Positions 1 to 9,511 of a stretch of DNA of 64,000 bases are shown piece after piece. A program made the translations under genes and the position numbers. The notes beneath the pieces are model-generated. The model was given only the letters and a program-made list of their open reading frames with translations, made no database searches and had not been told where the DNA came from. Source of the DNA: an uncultured Pelagibacteraceae bacterium (lineage in GTDB: Bacteria > Pseudomonadota > Alphaproteobacteria > Pelagibacterales > Pelagibacteraceae); the NCBI GenBank assembly GCA_902581585.1, contig CACHPB010000002.1, forward strand, positions 64,709 through 128,708, given 5' to 3'. Each line of letters starts with the position of its first letter. Position 1 is the first letter of the stretch.

Positions 1-2
1 CA

Positions 3-347
3 AAACCATGGATGAATAGATATTATCTGTTATTTCGTCATAGACCTAAATGGTTTCCATTTAATATTTTAATTCACGAAATGTTAGACGATGATCATGG
101 TGATGGCGTGCATAACCATTTGTTTCCATTTATCACAATAATACTTCGAGGAGGGTATTGGGAAACTTTAAAAACAGGTAAAGTTTGGAGAGCACCAGGT
201 TATATAGGTTTTAGGTCAGCTAATAATTTTCACAGAGTAGATTTAGAACCAGGCACTAAACCATTAACTATCTTTATAGCTGGTCCTTATGGATTAAGAA
301 AAGGACCCAGATCAGAATATGGCATAGATTTTAAAACCAAAAAATGA
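3..347 (+). CDS. Cupin-fold hypothetical protein, probably 5'-truncated
   Basis: HNH..F.TIILRGGYWE and FHRV cupin-like metal motifs. The frame is open from the window edge (K-P-W before the ATG at 12). Confidence 0.6.
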   Translation, partial: KPWMNRYYLLFRHRPKWFPFNILIHEMLDDDHGDGVHNHLFPFITIILRGGYWETLKTGKVWRAPGYIGFRSANNFHRVDLEPGTKPLTIFIAGPYGLRKGPRSEYGIDFKTKK

Positions 348-1396
348 GTTTAACTAATTCGTTTCGTAAATTTTGTGAATATAACGATTATGAAATTAAT
401 CAAAATCAGTTAAGTATAATTGAGCAATTAAATGAATATTATAATCTAAATTTTAAACAACATTTTATAAAAAAAATATTTAAAAAAAAAAATAACAAAT
501 TAGGTTTTTATTTAGTGGGTGATGTTGGTGTAGGTAAAACCATGATCTTAAATTTTTTTTTTGAAAGCATTAAAGAAAAGAAATCTAGATTGCACTTCAA
601 TGAATTTATGATTAAATTTCATGAATTTATACATGAAAATAAAAAAAGTGGAAAAACTAATGGGTTAGGAAAATTTGTTAAAGATTTATCAAGTACTACA
701 AAAATAATTTATTTTGATGAATTTCAAGTTACCAATATCGTTGATGCCATGATACTAGGAAAATTATTTGAACGAATATTTGAGGAAAATATAAAAGTAA
801 TTTTTTCTTCTAATACAAAAATTCAAGATTTATATAAATACGGTTTACAAAGAGATCAATTTATACCTTTTATAAAAATTTTAGAAACTCATTGTTCAGA
901 AATAGAACTTAAAATTGAGGAAGATTACAGAACAAGTAAAAAAATAAATTTGGACCGATTTTTATATCCTATAGATAAATCATCTAATTTCAGGTTTAAT
1001 AAATTTTTTAGAAAAGTTACGAAAAATAAAAAAAAAATGACTAAGGTTTTGGATATTAAAGGACGAAAACTAACAATAGAAAACTTTTACGAAGGAGTTA
1101 TAAAGTTCAGATTTGATGAGATATGTAATAAAAATCTGGGTTCTGAAGATTATATTGAAATTGGAAAAAATAGTGATTTAATTTTTATTGAAAATTTGCC
1201 TAATTTTAATGAGAATATCTCTAATCAACAACAAAGATTCATTACTTTTATAGACATTATTTATGAAAAAAAAATACCTTTAATGATTAAATCTGAAGTA
1301 GATTTAAACTCACTTGGCTCAGCAAAGAGTTTGAAAGAACCATTCAAAAGAACTGTAAGTCGTTTGTACGAAATGACATCACAAAAGATAAATTGA
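344..1396 (+). CDS. zapE: AFG1/ZapE-family ATPase
   Basis: Walker A GDVGVGKT, RLHFNEFM, YFDEFQVTNIVDAMIL, GLQR, F.RTVSRLYEM. Confidence 0.9.
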   Translation: MSLTNSFRKFCEYNDYEINQNQLSIIEQLNEYYNLNFKQHFIKKIFKKKNNKLGFYLVGDVGVGKTMILNFFFESIKEKKSRLHFNEFMIKFHEFIHENKKSGKTNGLGKFVKDLSSTTKIIYFDEFQVTNIVDAMILGKLFERIFEENIKVIFSSNTKIQDLYKYGLQRDQFIPFIKILETHCSEIELKIEEDYRTSKKINLDRFLYPIDKSSNFRFNKFFRKVTKNKKKMTKVLDIKGRKLTIENFYEGVIKFRFDEICNKNLGSEDYIEIGKNSDLIFIENLPNFNENISNQQQRFITFIDIIYEKKIPLMIKSEVDLNSLGSAKSLKEPFKRTVSRLYEMTSQKIN

Positions 1397-1399
1397 CTT

Positions 1400-1819
1400 A
1401 TGATTCAAGAGTTTTACAGCCTAAAAATCAATACAAGTGGACAAAAACTTTATGAATTTACAGATAAAACAATAGAGTGGGTAAAAAAAAATAATTTTAG
1501 AAATGGAATTTTGAATTTGTCAATTCAACATACAAGTGCATCTATAATCGTTCAAGAAAATGCAGATCCAGATGTCCAAACTGATTTAATAAATTATTTT
1601 AATAAGTTGGTGCCTATGGACAATTCGTTATATATTCATACTGCAGAGGGTAAAGATGATATGCCTGCTCATATAAAATCAGCATTAACTAATAATCAAA
1701 TTTCTTTCAGCATTAGAAAAAATGAAATTCTATTAGGGACTTGGCAAGGTATTTACCTATTTGAGCATAGACTAGATCCAACTACACGAACCGTAATACA
1801 TCATTTTATAGGGGATTAG
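1400..1819 (+). CDS. yjbQ: YjbQ/UPF0047 family protein
   Basis: HTSASI..QENADPDV, EG.DDMPAHIKS, LGTWQGIYLFEHR. Confidence 0.9.
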   Translation: MIQEFYSLKINTSGQKLYEFTDKTIEWVKKNNFRNGILNLSIQHTSASIIVQENADPDVQTDLINYFNKLVPMDNSLYIHTAEGKDDMPAHIKSALTNNQISFSIRKNEILLGTWQGIYLFEHRLDPTTRTVIHHFIGD

Positions 1820-3240
1820 TTTTTTTTCTTAATAGATTGGAAAGCACTCAAAGCATCATTCCTAGCTTTTTCATGGATAACAATTGGCATTGGATAATCG
1901 GAACCAATAATAGTATTTATTGCTTCTTGATATTTTTTTTCCATTTCCCAAGGTTTATGAATAAATTTTGTAGGCACTTTATTTAATTCAGGAACCCATT
2001 TTTTTACATACTCTCCTTGTTTATCGAATTTTTCCCCCTGTAAAATAGGGTTAAAAATTCTAAAATATGGAGCTGCGTCAGCACCACATCCTGCTACCCA
2101 TTGCCATTGAGCAATATTATTTGCTTCATTAAAATCAAGTAGACAATTTCTGAAATATTTTTCTCCTTCTTTCCAATTAATTCTTAAATGTTTAACTAAA
2201 AAGGAGCCAACAACCATTCTAATTCGATTATGCATCCAACCAGTTTCATATAATTCTCTCATTCCAGCATCAACAATTGGATAGCCCGTCATTCCTTTTT
2301 TCCATGCATTTAAAAATTTAGCATTATTAACCCACGGGAAATTATCAAATTCTTTTCTTAAATTTCCCTTCAGCATTTCTGGAAAGTAATTAATAAGACT
2401 ATGTGAAAACTCTCTCCAACCAATTTCATTAGTATATTTTTTTACACTTATATTTTTAGAATTTAATTTTTTACATTTTTCCCAGATATCACCAACATTA
2501 ATCTGTCCATTTCTAATATATGGGGAAAGTTTTGATGTTCCATCAATTGATGGAAAGTCACGATCTACACCATAATTTAATATGTTTTTATTTATAAAGT
2601 TATTTAGATACTCATGAGCTTTTTTTTCTGAAGGTATCCAGTATTTCTCAAACTTCATATACCATTTTGACTTAGGTAAAATCTCTTCAGATTTTATTTG
2701 TTTTTTAAATAGCACTTCTATCTTTTTACATTTTTTGACCTTGTTTAATTTATCTGGAATTCTCTCTAAATAATATTGCTCTGCATTTCTCCAAAAAGGA
2801 CTATAAACTTTAAAAGGTGTTCCGTCATTTTTCGTAATTTTATTATATTCATTTAGCACATTCCCTTTAAAAAATTTAAAATCAATTTTTTTATTATTTA
2901 AATCTTTTCCAATTTTTTTATCTTTATCCAGTTCAGCAGGTTCATAAACTTTATTCCAATAAATTGAAATTTTATTATTAGATTTTAATTTAGAAAAAAA
3001 ATTAATTTCATCATCTTTAATTATTTCTAATCCAATATTGAATTTTTTTAAATCAGATCTAAAATTTTCTAAAGATTTACATAGCCACCATTTTTGTGCC
3101 TCTCTTTTATTATCAAAAATATTATTATTAAAAATGAAAACTGCAGTTACAAAGTCATGATTATTTGTAGCATAAGTTAATGCATCATTATTGTTAATGC
3201 GAAAATCATCTCTTATCCAAACAAGAGCTTTATCAGACAT
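1816..3240 (-). CDS. phrB: Class I CPD photolyase
   Basis: WIRDDFR, TSKLSPY, WREF, TGYPIVDAGMRELYETGWMHNR.RM, WQWVAGCGADAAPYFRIFNP. Confidence 0.93.
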   Translation of the reverse strand: MSDKALVWIRDDFRINNNDALTYATNNHDFVTAVFIFNNNIFDNKREAQKWWLCKSLENFRSDLKKFNIGLEIIKDDEINFFSKLKSNNKISIYWNKVYEPAELDKDKKIGKDLNNKKIDFKFFKGNVLNEYNKITKNDGTPFKVYSPFWRNAEQYYLERIPDKLNKVKKCKKIEVLFKKQIKSEEILPKSKWYMKFEKYWIPSEKKAHEYLNNFINKNILNYGVDRDFPSIDGTSKLSPYIRNGQINVGDIWEKCKKLNSKNISVKKYTNEIGWREFSHSLINYFPEMLKGNLRKEFDNFPWVNNAKFLNAWKKGMTGYPIVDAGMRELYETGWMHNRIRMVVGSFLVKHLRINWKEGEKYFRNCLLDFNEANNIAQWQWVAGCGADAAPYFRIFNPILQGEKFDKQGEYVKKWVPELNKVPTKFIHKPWEMEKKYQEAINTIIGSDYPMPIVIHEKARNDALSAFQSIKKKN

Positions 3241-4378
3241 TTGATAACTTTTCTGATCCTTTGGACAGAAGTTCGTTATATAATTTTATGTCTGTATCAC
3301 CTTCACATCCAATCAATAAAACATTTGCATTCATGTCTAATTCAAGATCTTTCTTAATTTGTTCGTTATTGCAACTCACGTTTAGACTTATTACAGCAGG
3401 CGCTGAACATTCTCCTGCAATAATTCTGTCATCTCCAAAGTATCCTTTAGCCAACATTGCAACTGATAACGGAATGTCATCATCAGGAATACTTAGACAA
3501 TTATTTACTGAATTCTTAAGAATTTGCCATGGGACCAATGATACTTCTCCACAAGACATTCCACCCATGATACTCTCTTTTTCAATTTCAACTTTTGTAA
3601 GTTTAGCAGCATCTATGCTTTTCAATACACAATCTGCATTTTCTGGCTCAATAACAATAATTTTAGGAATTCTCTTAAAATATCTCGCAACACCTGCTAT
3701 TACTCCAGATGCCATACCTCCAACACCTGCTTGTAAGAAAATATGTGTAATATATTGATCAGTTTGTTTTGATATTTCTTCAATCATTACGGAATATCCA
3801 GCCATCGTTAGTTTTGGAACAGTAAGATAATTTTCCCAGGCTACATCTTGCACAATTTCCCAACCATTTTTTTCAGATTGTTTAATGCATTCATTTAAAG
3901 AGTTCTCATAGTTTCCTTTAACTTGAACTACATCAGCCTCAAGCTTTCTCATTTCGTCAGCACGTGTATCGCTAACAAATTCACTAATGAAGATCTTGCA
4001 TGCAATTCCTAATCTTTTTGCTCCCCATGCAACTGATTTCCCGTGATTTCCTGCGGTTGCAGTTGCAACCACTACATTTTTCTTTCCAGCAGATACTTGC
4101 TCAACAGCATAAGCACCACCAAGAGCTTTAAACGATTTAAGACCAAATCTTTTTGACTCATCTTTGTAAAATATATTTTTAAGTCCAAGATTTTTCGAAA
4201 GTTTATTTAAATTAAGAAGAGGGGTAGGTTTATAAGTTTCCCAATTGGATATTGTAGTATACGCTTTATCAATAGTACTTTTGTCTAATACATTTAATAT
4301 TTTTTCTCTACTGAACGAGTAATTTTTATTTTTGATAAATGAAGAATATTTTTTAATATGTCTATAGTCGATAGACAT
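3233..4378 (-). CDS. Diaminopropionate ammonia-lyase (PLP fold II)
   Basis: KDESKRFGLKSFKALGG, ATAGNHG, QAGVGGMA, SIMGGMSCGE. Confidence 0.85.
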   Translation of the reverse strand: MSIDYRHIKKYSSFIKNKNYSFSREKILNVLDKSTIDKAYTTISNWETYKPTPLLNLNKLSKNLGLKNIFYKDESKRFGLKSFKALGGAYAVEQVSAGKKNVVVATATAGNHGKSVAWGAKRLGIACKIFISEFVSDTRADEMRKLEADVVQVKGNYENSLNECIKQSEKNGWEIVQDVAWENYLTVPKLTMAGYSVMIEEISKQTDQYITHIFLQAGVGGMASGVIAGVARYFKRIPKIIVIEPENADCVLKSIDAAKLTKVEIEKESIMGGMSCGEVSLVPWQILKNSVNNCLSIPDDDIPLSVAMLAKGYFGDDRIIAGECSAPAVISLNVSCNNEQIKKDLELDMNANVLLIGCEGDTDIKLYNELLSKGSEKLSNV

Positions 4379-4381
4379 ACT

Positions 4382-5707
4382 TTAACAATCTAAGGTATTA
4401 GATCTTTCCCATTTTGTAATAGGTTTAAGTTTGTCAAAATTTTCTTTTAATTTAAAACTTTCAATTTCTGAATTTTTTAATTTTAAATAACTATTTAAAA
4501 CATCTTTTCCAAAAGCATTTTTTAGGATGGTATTTGAATTTAACATATCAAGAGATTCTTCTAAAGTATTTGGTAATTTTTTTAAATTTGGATATTTTTT
4601 ATAATCTGTATACATATTACAAAATAATGGTTTACCTGGATTTATTTTTTTTCTGATACCATTTATACCTGCAGCCAAAACTCCTGCTTGTAATAAATAT
4701 GGATTTGCTGAGCCATCCATTAGTCTAAGTTCAAATCTTCCTGGGTCAGGAACTCTAATCATGTGAGTTCTATTGTTTCCCGTATAAGATATACTACTTG
4801 GAGACCAAGTTGCTCCAGAAGTTGTTGGCGGCGCATTTATTCGTCTGTAACTATTTAATGTTGGATTGAAAAATGCTGATAACGAACCTGCATTTTTAAT
4901 TATGCCACCTAAAAAATTGTATGCCAATTTACTTAGACCCAACTTATCATTTTTATCTAAAAATATATTTTTTTTCTTTTTCCAAAGTGAAATATGAGCA
5001 TGACATCCGTTCCCAGTAAGTTTTTCAAAAGGTTTAGGCATAAACGTAGCTCTCAGACCATGTTTTTCAGCTAATGTCTTTACCATAAATTTGAAAAATG
5101 TATGCCTATCTGCTGTAGTTAAACAGTCAGTATAATCCCAGTTCATTTCAAATTGACCATTTGCGTCTTCATGATCATTTTGATACGGGTTCCACCCCAT
5201 TTCGATCATGCAGTCGCATATCTCCTTAATTAATTCATATCTTCTCATTAGCGAAGATTGATCGTAACATGGTTTAGATTGAGTATCTTTTGTATCTGCA
5301 ATTGTGCTACCGTCAGAGGAGATTAAAAAATACTCACATTCCACACCAGATTTCATAATTAAACCTTCATTTTGAAGTGATTTTATTTGTTTTTTTAGCA
5401 TTATTCTCGGAGATGCATCTACTGGTTTGCCATCCATCCATAAATCAGACGCTAACCATCCTACTTCTTTATTCCAAGGTAGTTGAATTAAACTATTTGG
5501 ATCTGGAATTGCAAACATATCAGAATCCGCTGGAGACATGTCAAGCCAAGCAGCAAAACCTGCAAACCCAGCCCCATTTGTTTGCATCTCTTTTATAGCT
5601 CTAGTCGGTACTAATTTTGATCTTAAAACTCCAAACAAATCAACAAAACTTATTAGAAAGTATTTTATTTTTTTTGCTTTTGCAATTTTATATAAGTTTT
5701 TTGACAC
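4382..5707 (-). CDS. gmaS: GlnT-type glutamate-amine ligase, gamma-glutamylmethylamide synthetase
   Basis: KYFLISFVDLFG..RSKLVP, GAGFAGFA, GVECEY, DHEDANGQFEMN, NRTHMIRVP. GTG start. Lies near mgs-like genes and amt. Confidence 0.85.
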   Translation of the reverse strand: MSKNLYKIAKAKKIKYFLISFVDLFGVLRSKLVPTRAIKEMQTNGAGFAGFAAWLDMSPADSDMFAIPDPNSLIQLPWNKEVGWLASDLWMDGKPVDASPRIMLKKQIKSLQNEGLIMKSGVECEYFLISSDGSTIADTKDTQSKPCYDQSSLMRRYELIKEICDCMIEMGWNPYQNDHEDANGQFEMNWDYTDCLTTADRHTFFKFMVKTLAEKHGLRATFMPKPFEKLTGNGCHAHISLWKKKKNIFLDKNDKLGLSKLAYNFLGGIIKNAGSLSAFFNPTLNSYRRINAPPTTSGATWSPSSISYTGNNRTHMIRVPDPGRFELRLMDGSANPYLLQAGVLAAGINGIRKKINPGKPLFCNMYTDYKKYPNLKKLPNTLEESLDMLNSNTILKNAFGKDVLNSYLKLKNSEIESFKLKENFDKLKPITKWERSNTLDC

Positions 5708-5728
5708 CTAAAGTTCTTATCATATTTT

Positions 5729-5884
5729 TTATAAAAAGGATAAAAAGAAATCTTTGTAGTAAACAATATTGCCAAAAATAATTATCAAGATAGCTATAAC
5801 AAGTCCATACTTTGCTTTTGGCCAAGCTAATCTTGCCATTTTACTCGGTGTTTTATTTATGTGATTTTTATTTTGCTCTTCCAT
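5729..5884 (-). CDS. 51-aa single-TM microprotein (not in ORF track)
   Basis: Hand translation MEEQNKNHINKTPSKMARLAWPKAKYGLVIAILIIIFGNIVYYKDFFLSFL*. It fills the gap before gmaS on the same strand. Confidence 0.65.
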   Translation of the reverse strand: MEEQNKNHINKTPSKMARLAWPKAKYGLVIAILIIIFGNIVYYKDFFLSFL

Positions 5885-5892
5885 GATTATTC

Positions 5893-5920
5893 GAGGGCGC
5901 ATTTATTAAAATGCGCCCTC
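5893..5920 (-). terminator. GC-rich hairpin (terminator or mRNA stabiliser) after amt and the 75-aa gene
   Basis: gagggcgcattt-atta-aaatgcgccctc, perfect 12-bp stem, no strong U tract. Confidence 0.65.
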
Positions 5921-5932
5921 AATATTATATTT

Positions 5933-6160
5933 TTATCCGTCAGTCATATTGCTTTTCCATGCATTGGAACTGGGCTTCCTTCTTGCAAGCTCAGAAAGTT
6001 TATCACTTTCTTGTTTAGCGCTCACAACTGTCCAACCAATCCAAATAACAGCAAGTATAAGAACTAATATACCTTCTGATCCAACTCCTGGATAAACTGC
6101 GCCTGCAACTTCTTCTGCAGGTTTATTTAGATGATCTATCCAATTTGATACTGTAGCCAT
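5933..6160 (-). CDS. 75-aa single-TM membrane protein downstream of amt
   Basis: Strong RBS (aggagga) and one hydrophobic helix, GILVLILAVIWIGWTVV. Confidence 0.8.
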   Translation of the reverse strand: MATVSNWIDHLNKPAEEVAGAVYPGVGSEGILVLILAVIWIGWTVVSAKQESDKLSELARRKPSSNAWKSNMTDG

Positions 6161-6171
6161 ATTATCCTCCT

Positions 6172-7572
6172 TTAACTACTCGAAGAAGCAACAGCTTTTT
6201 CATCTTCTTTTGCTTCCTCCATTATTTGGTAGTCTAAACCAGCCAACTCAACTTCCCTAGGGATTCTGAGTTTGCCCATTCCATTTAACACTTTAGCAAT
6301 TATGTAACCTGGTATCATTCCTAGAACAAAGAACATGATTATTGCACCAATAAACATTCCTAAAGGATTTATCGCGGCATAGTTGCTTCCATCCCACATT
6401 GCACCTACACTATATCCTGAAGAAGGGTATCCATTTAGTACAAACCCACATATTACTAGTCCAGCAAATCCAGCATAACCATGTACAGCTACTGCACCAA
6501 CAGCATCATCAATTTTGAACCTTCGTTCAACCCAGTAATGCAATTTGTAAGCAATAACAACACCTATCATTCCAATTATCAATGATTGAATTGGGTGATA
6601 CAAGTCATTTCCTGCAGATGCACATATAATCCCAGCTAGTCCACTTGAATAAGTCCAGAAAGGATCACCTTTAGATATTACATATCCTGCTAGTAATCCA
6701 CCAGATAGTGACATTAAGAAATTCATTGTAATACCACTAAGTGTTGTAGGAGTTACATAGATGTTAGTTGCTGTAAAGTAAGTTACACCTTCCATGCCAT
6801 ATTCTGGTCCTAAGTCATAAATTGGAATATTACACGCCGCGTAAAAACCCCAGAAACCTGTATAAATTAAGAATAATCCAACAGTTACCAACCAAGGATT
6901 TCTTGGTCCGATATTTCTAGGTTCTCCACTCGATGAAAATTTTCCAATTCTTGGTCCCAAAACTGCCAAAACACCTAAAGCAAATCCACCTGCTACTGCG
7001 TGGATTACTCCTGATGCATAAGCATCATGATATCCAAGTAACTTTAACATCCATCCGTCAAAGTGCCATCCCCATGCAGCATCTATACTCCAAAATACAG
7101 ATCCAATTGCAATTGCAAGAATTCCAAATGCAAAAGTTGTAATTCTTTCAATTACAGCACCTGATACTATTGAAGCAGCTGTCCAAGAGAATAACAAAAA
7201 TGCAGCCCAAAATACTCCGCTTATGTGATCACCTAAATTAATAGCCATGAGTTCACTATTTGGTAAATACCATTTAGCACTAAAAGCTGAGTCATCGGTA
7301 ATCAGTGCTGCGCTTTCATTCATTATTGATGGTGCAAGACCTGGTCCAGTTGGAAAAGCCCAATAAATCCACCACCCAAATAAAAACCAAGTAACTGTTA
7401 CCAAAGGTATCAGCATTGTGTTTTTCATTAGAGTATGTTGATGATGTTTGTATCGGGAAGCTCCAACTTCATACATACAGAACCCTACATGGATCAGAAA
7501 CATAAGTACTACTGTTATCCAATAGTAAAATTCTGTGAATATGGTTGTCAATGCACCTAGTTCGTCAGTCAT
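6172..7572 (-). CDS. amt: Amt-family ammonium/methylammonium transporter
   Basis: GFCMYEVG, SIVSGAVIER, HDAYASGVIH, LGPRIGKF, IDDAVGAVAVHG, about 11 TM. RBS ggagg. Confidence 0.9.
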   Translation of the reverse strand: MTDELGALTTIFTEFYYWITVVLMFLIHVGFCMYEVGASRYKHHQHTLMKNTMLIPLVTVTWFLFGWWIYWAFPTGPGLAPSIMNESAALITDDSAFSAKWYLPNSELMAINLGDHISGVFWAAFLLFSWTAASIVSGAVIERITTFAFGILAIAIGSVFWSIDAAWGWHFDGWMLKLLGYHDAYASGVIHAVAGGFALGVLAVLGPRIGKFSSSGEPRNIGPRNPWLVTVGLFLIYTGFWGFYAACNIPIYDLGPEYGMEGVTYFTATNIYVTPTTLSGITMNFLMSLSGGLLAGYVISKGDPFWTYSSGLAGIICASAGNDLYHPIQSLIIGMIGVVIAYKLHYWVERRFKIDDAVGAVAVHGYAGFAGLVICGFVLNGYPSSGYSVGAMWDGSNYAAINPLGMFIGAIIMFFVLGMIPGYIIAKVLNGMGKLRIPREVELAGLDYQIMEEAKEDEKAVASSSS

Positions 7573-7621
7573 TTAACCTCCAATTGTTTAAACAAATTAA
7601 TAAATTATTAATTAATGGAAT

Positions 7622-7698
7622 AGATTGATCAATCTTAAATAAAACAATAAAAACGTAGCTTATTTATTTAAAGACAACTTTAAGTATATATAAATTTT
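7622..7698 (-). promoter_or_regulatory. amt promoter region with candidate operators
   Basis: Perfect palindrome AGATTGATCAATCT (7622-7635), ACAACTTTAAGT (7674-7685) and TATATATAAATTT (7685-7697). Confidence 0.45.
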
Positions 7699-7706
7699 TA
7701 CTGATT

Positions 7707-8114
7707 CTAAAATTTTCTGTATGCTTTTTTAAGATCTACTAACGGATGATTTGGAGACATTTGGAATTTTACTAATAATTCCCTTGCAATCATATCTCTA
7801 TCTTGTTGATTATTTGGAAGTTTAATTTTTTTTGGAATTGTAACCCAGCCATTTGCATTTCTATCAAATACAGCAGGTCTATCTTCTTCATAACCCATAT
7901 GAACATCTTCTAACCAATTCAAATCATCCCATCCCATTGCTTCAATGTATTTTTTTAAGAATGGTGTAATTCTTGAGTAGTCTGGAAGTAAGTTCACATC
8001 ATAACGATAGCCAATTGTTTGACCTATCATTTTTTCTCTAGCAGTCTCTTTTTTCTTACCTAATTGACCTTTAGATATTTTTTTACTCGATTTTTTATTT
8101 TTTTTCTTTGCCAT
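7707..8114 (-). CDS. Hypothetical protein, last gene of the mgs-like operon
   Basis: 135-aa ORF starting 2 nt after mgsC, with a Lys-rich N-terminus. Confidence 0.75.
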   Translation of the reverse strand: MAKKKNKKSSKKISKGQLGKKKETAREKMIGQTIGYRYDVNLLPDYSRITPFLKKYIEAMGWDDLNWLEDVHMGYEEDRPAVFDRNANGWVTIPKKIKLPNNQQDRDMIARELLVKFQMSPNHPLVDLKKAYRKF

Positions 8115-8116
8115 AA

Positions 8117-9511
8117 TTATATTTTATGAAAATCGTCGACTCCAACTGTATGATTTGTTCCAGAAAGTGGGACCTTTGCCAAAGCAGAAGCTTCCATTGT
8201 TAAAGCTGCTAAGTCCTCAGGTTCTAATGAATGAATATTAGTTTTACCACATGCTCTAGCTAATAATTGAGCCTCTAAAGTCATTGTATGTAAGTAATTA
8301 TAAACTCTTAGAGCTGCATCATCAGGATTTAATCTTTTTCTAAGTTTAGGATCTTGTGTTGCAACACCAACTGGACAACGTCCTGTGTGACAGTGATAAC
8401 AGTGGCCTGCTGGAACACCCATTTCTTTTTCAAAATTTGACTCAGGAATTTCTTTATTACAATTTAAAGCTATCATTGCTCCAGTTCCTATCGCAATTGC
8501 ATCCGCACCTAATGCTAATGCTTTAGCCATATCAGCACCATCTCTTACACCACCAGCATATATTAGAGTTACTTTTCCAGTTTTACCAACATCATCAATT
8601 GCTCTTCTTGCTTCTCTAATAGCTGCTATACCAGGAATTCCTGTGTTAGCTGCAGCTATGTGAGGGCCCGCACCTGTTGATCCCTCCATACCATCTAAGT
8701 AAATTGAGTCAGGATCACATTTTGCTGCCATACGAACATCATCATAAACTTTTGCTGCTCCAAGTTTTAATTGAATTGGAACTTTATTTTTTGTTAGTTC
8801 TCTTAGTTCTTGAACTTTTAATGCTAAATCGTCCGGACCTAACCAATCAGGGTGTCTAGCTGGAGATCTTTGATCAATACCTGCAGGTAATGATCTCATT
8901 TCTGCTACTTGGTCAGTAACTTTTTGACCCATTAAGTGACCACCCATTCCAACTTTTTGACCTTGTCCAATAAATACTTCTATTCCATCTGCTAGTTGGG
9001 CATGATGAGGATTAAAACCATATCTTGATTGAATACATTGGTAATACCATTTTTCAGAATATCTTCTTTCATCTGGAATCATTCCGCCTTCACCAGAACA
9101 TGTTGCACTTCCTGCCATTGTAGCACCTCTAGCTAATGCAGTCTTAGCTTCATAAGATAAAGCTCCAAAACTCATACCCGTGATGTAAACTGGAATATCA
9201 AGTTCAACTGGATTTTCACATCTTGGTCCTATAACAGTTTTAGTTTCACATTTTTCTCTGTAACCCTCGATTACAAATCTTGTAAGTGTACCAGGTAAAA
9301 ATACTAGATCATCAAATGTAGGAATTTTTTTCATTAGCGCCATTCCACGCATTCTGTATCTACCTAATTGCGCTTTTATATGTATGTCGTCAATTACCTC
9401 TGGAGTAAATATTGAATTATAACCTAATAAACTTTTATTTCTTTTTGAAAATTCACTTTGACCATTGCCATTAGAATGACCATTTGTTTTTCCATTTTTC
9501 TTTTTTGCCAT
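8117..9511 (-). CDS. mgsC: FMN-binding glutamate-synthase-like subunit (N-methylglutamate synthase C / GlxD)
   Basis: MSFGALS, SGEGG, SPARHPDW.GPDDL, GGVRDGAD.AKALALGAD, C..CHTGRCPVGVATQDP. Confidence 0.85.
   Translation of the reverse strand: MAKKKNGKTNGHSNGNGQSEFSKRNKSLLGYNSIFTPEVIDDIHIKAQLGRYRMRGMALMKKIPTFDDLVFLPGTLTRFVIEGYREKCETKTVIGPRCENPVELDIPVYITGMSFGALSYEAKTALARGATMAGSATCSGEGGMIPDERRYSEKWYYQCIQSRYGFNPHHAQLADGIEVFIGQGQKVGMGGHLMGQKVTDQVAEMRSLPAGIDQRSPARHPDWLGPDDLALKVQELRELTKNKVPIQLKLGAAKVYDDVRMAAKCDPDSIYLDGMEGSTGAGPHIAAANTGIPGIAAIREARRAIDDVGKTGKVTLIYAGGVRDGADMAKALALGADAIAIGTGAMIALNCNKEIPESNFEKEMGVPAGHCYHCHTGRCPVGVATQDPKLRKRLNPDDAALRVYNYLHTMTLEAQLLARACGKTNIHSLEPEDLAALTMEASALAKVPLSGTNHTVGVDDFHKI

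Noticed and set aside
469-560. Long A and T homopolymers as possible phase-variation sites
   Set aside because: They are common throughout this AT-rich, Lys-rich sequence, and I saw no frameshifted gene.
5891-5925. GGCGCATTT resembling the start of a SAM-V riboswitch
   Set aside because: It is one arm of a perfect inverted repeat, and the remaining SAM-V elements are absent.
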